DNA from: Ascidiella aspersa
Taxonomy: Eukaryota
DNA length: 64,000 nucleotides
Reading direction: 5' to 3'
Assembly (NCBI GenBank): GCA_963924565.1
Contig: OZ004615.1
Location: 17,670,001-17,734,000, forward strand
Numbering within the stretch: the first letter of the stretch is position 1; the number at the start of each line of letters is the position of its first letter. Below are positions 22,401 to 34,400 of the stretch, in pieces. Below the pieces are notes generated by a model that saw only the letters and a list, made by a program, of their open reading frames with translations, ran no database searches and was not told the origin of the DNA. A program made the position numbers and the translations under genes.

Positions 22401-25400
22401 TTTTGTGTGAAGTATTTGCTCAAAAGAAATTGCAAAGCCAAAAAGGTCGAGCAAATCGACAGCATCTTGATTAAGACGTTTCGATACGAGCTTGTATCAT
22501 CTTCAGTTAATGCTTGTATCATCTGTGATGATACAAGCTCGTATCGTCTATTTACTCGACCTTTTTGGCTTTGCAATTTATTATCAAGCTACATCACAGA
22601 TCCGTGCATAGTGTACCCAAGTATATTTGCTCATGTTTCTTGAGCTAAGGCATCGATCTTCAACAGTAAACGTGTTTTAACGTATATGACATCAAATCAA
22701 ATCGTAGAATTAATATGAAAGCGTATACAGAAGTACGTATCATATTTACTAGTTGAGAATAATTTGTAATTCAAAATTCATTTTAAACATATCAAGAAAG
22801 TATTATAAAAGTAACAAAAAAGTTTTTCCTACAACCATTAGTTTTAATTTTTATAACACGGGATCATTACGTCAGGCTTTGCGTTAAACGGATCCCTAGA
22901 TGAAGACTTAAACCACCAACAACTTTGTTACTTGCGGTTCCTATTTGATCGGAAACACACCGTTCTGTGCATTTCAGAGGCGCCCGTTATTTGTGTTGAC
23001 TCTCTCGCACCTTTTCCATTATAAACACACCGCTTTCTGTGCTCGAATAGGCGTTCACCCATTTTGCGTATACAGTAAACCGTCAACGAAGCTCTCTGTT
23101 TTCGCAGAAGGCGGCAAACGTGCCAACGACATCCGTCGCATGTCTTCCACCCTCGTCAGCCTGCTCGCCTCCACCAGCGCCCTCTTGCTGGAGAACAACG
23201 CGCCCACAGCCACCGATGGCGGCGCCAGAGCCCACCACCGCGTCCGCTACAGAAGCGGTGACGTGTCGAACCGTTACGCCAGCCTGCATCCCAACTCAAG
23301 TGGAGCGTCTCACGTCAGGGGCGCGCGAAGTGCTGCGTCGGTCGCCGCGTCGCTACAGTCCTACGTCAAGAGTGCGAACGCAAACCCGCCGCCGATGAAA
23401 CGTACGCAGTGGGGGTCGTCCAATCGTATCGGATCGCAGAAAAAAGGTTATTTTTTTTATTTGGAAAGATGTTTTTGTTCTGTCAAACAATATAATATGT
23501 TTTGTGAAAATGTACTTGAATAACTAGAATGTTATGCCTTTTCACGCTTTACCTGTCCTAGAGTTACCATAATACTTCAAACGTGATAAATCCGTGTGGC
23601 ATTACTCTGTCGGTTTGGTAAGTTATTTATTTTGTTTAATGACCAAAGTATTAGCCCTACTTCTTTTCAACGCTGTACCTATCTCAAAGTTTCGATAAAA
23701 CTTTGCTAAATTTGGCGTGTATTTAAGATATCTTGGGCTAAGGTTTATGTGCACTGTTAATAGCCTGAAAATTTGTTATTAGCGGGCATAAATTGATTTA
23801 AAACAAAGCGTAGTAAATGATACTAGTAACTTGAAGAATCGTCAAAACACACCAACGCAACGCAAAGTAACGTTAAAAACCTGTGATACCATTCACTTAA
23901 AAGCAACACGTATGAGACATATCAAAGTGTAAAGCACGACAGTGTCGTCTTGATTTTGTTTCCGGTTGTCACGATCACTTTATAAGGTCATATATATTGT
24001 TTCAGTAGTATGCACTCCTGAGATAAGACCGAAACTAGAACAACATTAGTGTCGAAATGAAACATTTTTTTCTCAGTCCTTCCTGTCCTACAGCAACCGG
24101 ACACATTGTAAAAAAAATTGCAATTTGTAGCAACTGCAATCTCCCGACCGCTTGCAAACAGCACTTCGTACCACGAGCTGGTTCAGCTGTACGCCGATGG
24201 AAAGTGGGACGGGGACGAGCAGGACAAGGCGCTCGACAGCGGGGGCTTTTCCTCGTCGACCGACGTTCTGCAACTGACCTCGGGCGCAGCTCGTAAAGAG
24301 ACAGGCGGTGGCCAGACGGCCGAACGCCACTCTTCATCTTCTTCGCACGGTATACAGCGCGGAATTTTTTTTCTTTTAATTTTAGGCAAAGTTGGAAAAA
24401 TATAACTTTGAAATAAGTATCTATCAACTATCTTCTTAACAAGACCGGAAGAGACAAAACTATCCCTCGATAGGTTTTAACTCTGGTCGCTGTATATACC
24501 GCGATTTATTATTTTTTAATGTTTTTTTATCGTGTCTTTTATTGCAAATATAATAATATTCTTTTGTATTTTGTATTCGCAAAGCGCAAATAATGCCTTT
24601 ATATGCCAAATCGATAACAGGCCAGTTCACGAACGCCATATCTACACCAGCGACATAAAACGTATATTTTATTTGCCACTTTTATCATTTTTTTATCGAA
24701 CAGCGAATTTCGCAAAGTTTTCCCCCATGCGGTCCCACTTCTTTGTTTTTAACAAGAACTTTCACTGCGAAATTTAACATAAGTAAAACTATTTCTAAAC
24801 AAAATTTAGCAGGGTTTTAAATACTGTGCCTATCTTTGCTCTCTTGTTGAAAACTGCTTTGCTTACTTTATTTAGATTCGAACCCGATTCCCATCCGCAA
24901 ACAAATCAAACTCGAGCTCCTGGCCAACAACCCGGCCTCCCAGGCCCTACAGCTGCGCCAGGTGCATCGGGACGGACAACAAGCCGGCGCCAAAGGAACC
25001 ACTTCGCCCGATTTGGCTAGCATCAAACGCCTCGTTGATTTTGTTCATCAGCCCGGTCCGCTAGTGCAAAACGGTAATGTAAAATTATGCTTGTTAATGT
25101 AAAATTATGCTTGTTAATGTAAAATTATAGACTCTTTGTGTCGTTTTTGTCGTAATTTTCTGTACTTAAATTTTTTTTTTTTCGATATTGCATTTTTAAT
25201 TTTTCCTCGTATTTCCACAAACCCCAAAAGGTGTCAGAGGCTCACCACAGCAAGATGGCGTCAACGTTCGCGATGACGACACTTCGCCACTGGGCGGCGA
25301 CACAAGGGGGAAGTACCGCATGGTGGCGTTAAAACCAAAAACAAACGAGGTATCTATTCGTTGTTTTCAATTATGAGAAGGGCTGATATCGTAGAAAAAA

Positions 25401-28400
25401 TACTAGTTAAGGTTTTTTTTTAACCTTTACATGATTTCTATTGAAAATTAAGGTTTAGTCTTTAGTGTTACCTGAAATGTACTTGAAATATAATATAGTG
25501 TTGCTGCCAGGCATTGTATCAATTGTAAAATTGTTCTTCTGGCAATATGCTAGAATATCCTATACAGAAAATCTTCATCAGGGCAATGATATCAATACGT
25601 TGGCACATTGAAAAAATATTGCCGAAAGAATTGTTACAATTATTTGCACATTAATTGTATACGATATGGGATTCGGGATGTCGATAGGTTAGGTTAGCTC
25701 TTTCGTTTTTACACCTTTTTAAACTTAAAAAAACATGTGCAGTAACTTAACATTAAAAGACAAGGTATTACAAGTTCATCTATCCGACAATTTTCACACT
25801 TTTATTTGCCGTTCCCGAGCGCTTCCTGAGGAAAATATTATTTTATGGTCCATACGCTGTTTGTGTCTAAATAATTTTATATGTTAACTTTAAAGATTAG
25901 ATATTTTCGTATTATATTTTCCAATTGTAATATATGCCTAGACCAGTGGTTTTCAACCTGGGGATCGCGAAGACGACGATTAAATACCAATCACTATTAC
26001 GAGAATGTCAATTAATTGCCATAAAAAATATTTGTGGATATTAGTGAATGTTGTTGACAGTGAATGTTTAAACATCAGCAGCCAGGAAGAAAGTTTCGAG
26101 ACAATTATTTTAACAATGTGGACTTACTATTGAGTTCCCGGTATCAATCATAGGTAGCCTACGGCAGGCAGTGCTTTTCGACCTTTTCTGGAACAGTACA
26201 CACTTTTACGTTTACTGAAGAACTTGTGGAACACACGCCAGCCCTTGCAATTGGTCCAACAACTAAGTGAAAACTCTAACCTGTAATCCAAGTTGCTATT
26301 ACTTATATTGTGCTATGGTTATTCTCAAATTCAATAAAGACAGAAATCAGAAGCTAAACAAGTGTTTACTGTACTGCAAAAAACTGCTATCCATTATCGC
26401 ATCAACGGCGTTGAGACAATCACTAATTATTACATCGCAATAACCATTTTATCACGAATAATATTTGGCTATGATGTAGAGCAGGGGTGGGCAACTTACG
26501 GCCCGCGGGCCAGATCCGGCCCGCCAACGCAAATCATCCGGCCCGCAACCTATTTTACAAACTGGGCATGGAGCGATATCTCATATTTTTCTTGCTATTT
26601 CAACTACGAAAAAGTAAATATTTGTTTGCGCTTTGCGTTAATCTTGTTCCTCGATCGTGTGTCAATTGCAAAACACCCTAGTTTTATCCATGATCAACTG
26701 ACGTTGCGGTGACAATAAGATGCGTAAAGTATACACAGCTAACATATAATGGCCCGCGGAGACCTTTTTTAGTTTGGTTTTGGCCCGCGACTGGAAAAAG
26801 TTGCCCACCCCTGATGTAGAGCCAGATCTTGGGTGTGCTCTGGCAACAACAGCGCCACGCGAGCACGCATAGTCAAGCTTGTCGCCAAGATGCAACACTA
26901 GCCATCTCACTAATGCTGCCTTGTGCATGAATTTAATAAATGAGTATTTTTTTTAACAGAGTGGTACCATAATTTTTGTTATTTTTAATAATATTTTTTG
27001 TGCTATTGCGCATACACAAATGTATTACATATGCAGGAATCTTTTTTTGGAGGGAGTCATTTGTTACATTGGGTTGTTAAAATGGGTCGCGGTATGAAAA
27101 AGGTTGAAAACCACTGGGCTAGACGATATCATATTTTGGCCAATGCTATAGTTTTATTAAATCAAAAAAATGTTGCATACAATGTGGACAAGTAAACCAT
27201 CTAAACTGTTTTTTGTTTTGCAGCCCTCGAAGGCCAATTCAGGCTTGACGTGGAAGTTTATTCCGTATCCTCCCGAGACCAGAGACGAAAAGGGAAGGTA
27301 AGGAAATAACGAAACGTTAAGAGTCCTTCGATCGGGCGACAAAAAATCTTCAACCTTAACCTTACTTTTATTTAATCCCCCAAGATAGTTACCTTAACCT
27401 AAGGCCCCCTGGGGTAAATTTCCTTGTTTTAAGGGGTAATGAGTTATCAATTAAATTATCCACGACGGGACAGAAAAATTGTGCCAGCTATTGCGATTAG
27501 ATCAGATCGACTGCTAGCTCGAAGCTAGCCTAGCAGACTAATAGTTCTTTATCGTCTAGTGGCAGTAACGTTATGCTTTGCTAAATTTTACTTTGTTTAG
27601 TTTATTGGCAACATCCTTATATCCTAGTTACTTAATTTGTCTTTGCCAAAAAGCAAGGGCACCCGTCGCATTAAATATAACAGATATCTTTTGTTACTTT
27701 CGTTTTTACATAAATAAACACCCTTTTATATATTAGGGGTAAATCTGATATTAATTTTTTTTAAGTGCTAAAACATTCAAAAGAGCTTAAGAACCCCTGC
27801 GTTACATTAATATATATAACCCCCGTTTTGTTGTTTCAGATACATGAAGGATCCCGAAAAGAAGCGCTCGTCTCTTGGTTCCAACGACGGGTTTTCCCCG
27901 TTCCTGGCGGACGTTTCCAGACCGACCATGGTTGCAATGTCCAGGGGACCGAACCGAACGCCAAGTAGGTCAACTCAAGGTCATTCGTTATGGCCAGGAC
28001 AATATTAAGTGTTGCAAAATAATTATTTTTTAGGTGAGGATAAAGTTAAAATTAAACAATTAGGATAAAGATAAGGATTTTAGTTGGAAATAAATTGGGT
28101 AAACGTTATCTTTCTACACCGCGAGCCTTTATCATGGATTTTTATGCAAGCAAAGCCTAGCTTTTTGTAGCCTGTGGCGAGGTTAGAGCCTACGATCTCG
28201 TTATACCAGCTATGTAGGTTCAGGACAGGAAACAACCATAGCACCGCTGCTTCCTGTTAAACGCACAACTTTATTTTAAAGTAAACCAGTTTTCGTTGTG
28301 TGGACCTGTGTGTACAGTAACAGTCATTTGCAAGTGAAATATACCCATGCACCTGAAATATACCCCTGCTATGTAGTTCTAGTTTTTTCGTTATTTTTTG

Positions 28401-31400
28401 TGTTTATATATATTAGGGCGGATCGCGAAACCACTTTTTTGCCTCATTTTGATTTTGATAGACAGACACCTAAAACCGTTGTATACAAAATTTAGGCTCA
28501 TTTGAACATGTATAGGTGTGAGGAAATAGAGTAGAAATTTTGGCGAAAATCGGAAAATCGTGTAAAAATGCGAAATTCTAGGTTATGTTTAATCGCCAAT
28601 TTGATGGAAAATTCATTTGCTGTGACCTTATACTTATGTTTTAGTTAGACATTAATGGAATTACTGAACTAAGTTCGAGTAAGTTTTATATTATATATAT
28701 TTAACGTTTATTTCTCTTCCAGGCGGATTCGCCACCCGAGCACACTACGGCGAGAAGAACCTGTGCTTGCGAAGCAGGAAGTGCCCCAAATGCAACAAAA
28801 CGTTCCCGTGGGCATCTTCGCTCCGACGTCACATAATGACGCACACAGGATTGAAGGTCGGTCCTAGTTAAGGCATTTTGTGATAGTTGCAGTTTTATTT
28901 GGTTCGACCATTAGCAATTCTTGACTTCAAAATGGAAATGGTTGTTCCTTGTCGCTTTACAGTTGTGTTAGCTTTAAAACACAGAACTTTTTTAACTTCT
29001 CTGCGATGACTTAAGCTCCACTTTATTATTTGTCTATAAAGGACTGACAATCATAAGTAATTAAAGTCCACTAGGACACAAACTTGTTACGGTGTATCCT
29101 TATCAAGTAATATAGTAATATTAGAACTGCAATTGCACTAATAGGAGTGCAAAGCTAGATTGTTAAACAAAATGATTTAGCCAGCATGAAAAGTTTTTGC
29201 CATGTCTCCTTAAGATCCCACTTTAATGTCCCTTGTGTCTTTACAATTGTGTTAGGTATCTGCAATGCACTTACTTAAGCTCCACTTTAATATTTGTCTA
29301 TAAAAAATTGACCATCATAAATGAATTAAAGTCCAGGAGTGCACGAAACTACGTATGGTGTTTCCTGATTAAGTAATATTAAAATTGCCATTGGCCTAAT
29401 AGGAGCGCAAAGTTGGATTGTTAAAAACATTGATTTACCCAGCATAAAAAAAAATTGCCACGTCTCCTTAAAATCCCCCGTTTCAATTTTATTCTTACAT
29501 TTTAAAGCCCGTAACTTTTCACACATTTCTATCCTGCGTTCCTTGCGTCAGACACGGGGATGCTAGCATTTTTTTAACAATGTGCGGGAAAAAGTGCACG
29601 CAAAAATGTGCAAAATATGTGCGCACATTTTAAGATGCCTTCCAAAATGTGCACACTTTTTTCAAGAATGTGCGCACATTTAAAAATACTTTTAGAAAAG
29701 TGCGCACATTTTGAGATAGTTAATGCCGGCACAACTCGTAACTCTAACTCAGCTTCAAATGTGCACACATTCTAAAAAAAAGTTTAAAAGCCGTTTTAAA
29801 AAGTGCAGACATGTTGAAGGCCTTCTAACATGTTTGTGCGGACATTTTTTGCACGTTTTCGCGTGGACATTTTTGCGCACTTTGTGCAAAACAACGCCAC
29901 GTCCCCTGTTGTTGCGTCGCGTTCGATAAAAAATGACAATATCTCGAATCAATTGTCACGCGCATTTCTCATACTTTCCCTTTTTTTCTCCTCCTCCTCC
30001 CGCCAGCCCTACATGTGCGCGCGCTGCTCGATGCGCTTCACCACGCGCTCCAACCTGCTACGTCACGCCTATCGACGTCACGCGGTCGCTCGCGGCTCCG
30101 AGGAGCAGCGCAAGGTGCTCATCACTCTGACGCGCAAGGAGCAGGAAGAGCGCGCCAGCATTGAGGCGGAGGAGCACGGAGCGATCCAGGGAGGAGCAGT
30201 TGAAGAGGAAGAAGAGGAGGCGCCGCTCGTGATTGACGTGAGTTGAATGTTGACTGACCAGTCGGAAACAATGTTCTGCAGCGCCCAGTTCCCGCCAAAT
30301 GTAACCATGGGGAAGTTTTTCATATAACATGATCCTAATAGATTTGGCCCTAATATCAGTGCGAAGCCTAGTTTGCCAAAGCTGGATTCGTGTTACTAAG
30401 GTGTCCTGCTCCAGTGGATCAATTACAACAAGGAAACTTTTACGCAAATCCAATCTGCTGCGCAAGGGTCTTTGTACGAATAGGGAAGTGCCTTTTATCA
30501 CTTATGTAAGGTGCGAGCAAATTAACGCTGGGTAAAACTCATTTACGGAATTTAGTGAATCATAAGTTGCGTAAAATCTTTGGAATCCATTATGATTGTT
30601 CTAGAACAGTATGGCACTTCAAAAACCACCCGGTGTGCACATATATATATATATATAAATCTGAAGCCACAAACCCAACTGGTTCGCATTTTTGCTGGTT
30701 TTGTGTCACAACTTTATGATGTCATAAGTCAAGAAGTCTTGTAAATTTATTCCTTTCGCTGTTTGACATAATTTAAACATTGACGGAGTAAAGAATAACT
30801 GGAATTCAAACGTACACAGTGGAAGTGCTATAATTAATAATTCATATCATCACAGGCGAATCGTTTCTTTTAGTGGGGAATGTTTAACCATTCATCAATT
30901 TATATTCCATCGTTAGAATCGTTAAACTATTTTTGTAACATCGAAACAACTTTGGCAACCAAATCTATTTCATTCAAAGCCCGATATCGAGGTTTTGACA
31001 ACCTCTTTCAATAAACAACAACCATTTATAAACAAAGGCTGGTATTGCTGAGTCGGACTTGCTGGTTAATTGATTCTCATTATATTACCAGTAAAGCGTC
31101 ACATATTTCTTCATACATGTTTGTGTTCACTGTTGTTATATTCGTTATGTTCACTTAAAACGAAACAAAACTAATGTTTTTATTTAGGTTAAATAACAAT
31201 ATCATGACCATCAAATGCAACCTCGATTTTGTTTGTCAGGCCGAAGAGTACGCAAGTGACAACGACCACGAAGAAGGGATCCCTCTGGTGGAAACGCAAC
31301 CAAAAGTGGAAACAAGCAAAGTTACGGATATGATTGACATCTCCAACAAGGTATAGGGCAGGCCACCTACTCGGAAAGTTACGATTTGCAGCGCGGAACG

Positions 31401-34400
31401 CCAACTTTGGTCGAATTAAAACAAACACACTGCTCTCTGTGAAAAAACACATTGCCCTTTGTATTTATCTGAAACATGTTTCCGATATATAGACTCCATA
31501 CTTATTAATGATTGACATCTCCTGTACTATTGCATTACATAGATCAGTCATTGATGAAACAACGGATCTTCAACGCTGTTCAATGTTCATTGTGCAATTT
31601 GTATAGCCAATTTAAAAAACAGCCAGTGGCACATTTTTACCGTTTTGTCATTTTTAAGTGCCCCGCTTAATGGTAAAAATGCTTTGCGCTTTAAAGTAAA
31701 CGTCTGATTTCAGTTAACCTAACGAGGTAAAACAGTATCATCATTTCCAACACATGTCTATATATAGGGACGATCGTTCGAAGGCAGCTAATACCTTAAA
31801 TTTTTGTTACAGCGCTTCATGTGCGGCCTGTGCAACGTGCCGTTTGCAAACCGCTCAAACGTCGTGAGGCATCTCCATCGGTTGCACAGCATCACAAAGG
31901 ACGACCACAATTTTAGAGTAAGACACTTATAATGAACCCGAAAGAAATTTTTTTAAGACATTTATTTTAACCTTCTCTTGATTTGCGTTGTTTAGTCTTT
32001 GGCCTCTAATTGTGTATTTGGTAAATGGGTTTCTTGTTAAAGGAGTGTTACAAAATGTGCACTTTAAGGTAAGTAAAGCGCCACTAAACCTTTGTTCATT
32101 TCAAACATGTTGAATATGTTGTCGTAGAGCTTAAAAAAATCAAAACAGATGTTTAGAAGAATTCTTCGGTCTCCTTTAAACTTTAAATACAATACAAATA
32201 TTGAAAAATGTACCATTCAACAAAACAATTATTGTTATTCTAAAGAAAAGCATCACTGTATGTATGTTTAGAAGAAATTCGCCGATTGCGATCAAATAAG
32301 TTATTTGTTAAAGACTTTATTATTTAAGATAATATAAGTTTTAACCATAAAAAAACTCGTTCGCTTTCGCCCTACAGCAACTTCTAGTCAAAATCGACCA
32401 TTCGAACCCTCCCCGTTTGGCCGAATCGACGCGATTCACAACCCCAAGGGTGACCCTACACAAGACTCTACCCGTGTCTCCCGTTCCCCTTGTGGTCGAG
32501 ACCCCCAAGGAGGTGGAAACCATCGAGGTAAAGTCTCAGCCGGTGCCCAAGGCGAACATAGAAGAGGCCCCCGCGACCCCGGAACCGGTCCCGGTCCTGA
32601 CCACCCCAACAAAGACAAAGGTGTGGTGATTTTTTGCTTGTTGTGTGTAGTGTTGCTGCTTCCATGTAGGGGCGTATTGTTGTTACTTTTCAGCTTTTGT
32701 AAACTTAGCATTGTTTGTTCGCCTTAGAAATCCAGCTTTGCAAAAATGCAAGTGTTGCAAATTATTAAAGCGTGTAAAAGGCATAGTCAATAATTGCTAT
32801 TGCAATCGATGCACTTGGTTATATTAATTTAAATGAAATCATTTCGTGCTTTCCCCGGCAGCCATTTAAGTGCACCATCTGCTCGATCGGCTTCACAAAG
32901 CGCAACAACGCAGCCCGCCACGTTCACCAGCAGCACCACATATCAAAGCACCGCGCAAACTTCGCCAACCTCATAGAAAAGGTCGACTCGTCGCCGGAGC
33001 GCGCCGACGCCCCCGACTCGCCGACCACGCCCCTTCACCAGCAGAAGCAAAGTGAAAAGCCGACGCCCGGTGCCGCTGCTGAGGTACTTTAGGGTTTTCA
33101 TAATTATATTTGTTGAGCGCTGTTATGAAATTATCAAAAGTTACTGGTTTGGCATCGACTTTGCCATCGCTTACTTGAATCAACAAATGAATGAACAAAT
33201 GACATTCAGAAGTACTTTTTGGAAATTACTGGAACTTTGTTGTTAACAGCTTAAAAAAGTTTGGTGGAAATATAATGGCATTGGCTGGTACGATGTATTG
33301 ATCTACAATGTTTTTGGAAATTGCTGTACTTTTGTTTAAATAATCGCAAAGAAGCCGCAAAAAACTAATCACAAAAGAAGCCGCAAAAAGTTGAACGCAT
33401 CTTTTTACGTAAAGCTGGCCTTTATGGTACCTGGTTCATTTGCACTAAATGAAAAAAGGGTATACACCGCTCCATTCCCCAATAAATATTTTTCAAAAAA
33501 AATTATTTTTGGTTCATTTACGTTATTTGTACAACGAATTGCTGCATGTTTTCTGTTACAGCAGATTTAACACCAATTAAAAATGTTGCCCTGAAACCCA
33601 ACCAACCGCGGTACTTTATCAACAAAGATTTTTTCGATTTCGATTTTATAAATCTTCAGGAATAATACCTGTAATGTTCTTGTTTAGTCTCACCCCCAAG
33701 ACACGGAGCAAGACGAAGCGGCTGAGGAAGAAAAACCAGATTCCAAGGAGCTCGCTAAAGCTATCGAGGTGGTGGTAGGCGTGTCCTCCCTTCCTCCTTC
33801 CCCATTGGCTGAGACGACTCCTCCTGCTCCCGCCCCTCCTCCGGCTGCTCCGGCTCCCATACAACCTCCGACTGGTCACGTGTGGAGAAGCAGACGCATG
33901 TCGGCCAAGAGAAGGGTGAGCTATTCGATATTGTGAAAATTATTGTTGTTCGATGTTTTGTCGCAAATTAAAACGACAGTTTACAAAAGTCAACCGACAT
34001 TTACAAGTTTAACCAAGCTTTGCATGGGTGAGTTATTCGATATTGCGATAATTGTTTTTATTTTTTACTTGAGGTAATGGGATGATATTGTTACAACAAA
34101 TACAACCTAGAATCTAGAAGCAAAAATTTTAAGATATGTTTCAAAAAACTAACTAAAAAGTGATGTCATCAATTTTCATCATCTCACAATGCAAAGCTAC
34201 AAATGTGCGTCACATTTTGAGCTAAACGATCGACAAACTTAACTCCAACAAAACAAAAAAAATATTGTTGTTTGATGTTTTGTCGCAAATCAAGGACACT
34301 TTACAAAACGACAAATACGAAGTGGTCGTTTGCAAGTTTAATGGAGTTTTCATACTTCTACATTTTTTGTTTTATACATCCCGGTTAGACGTCTAATTTT

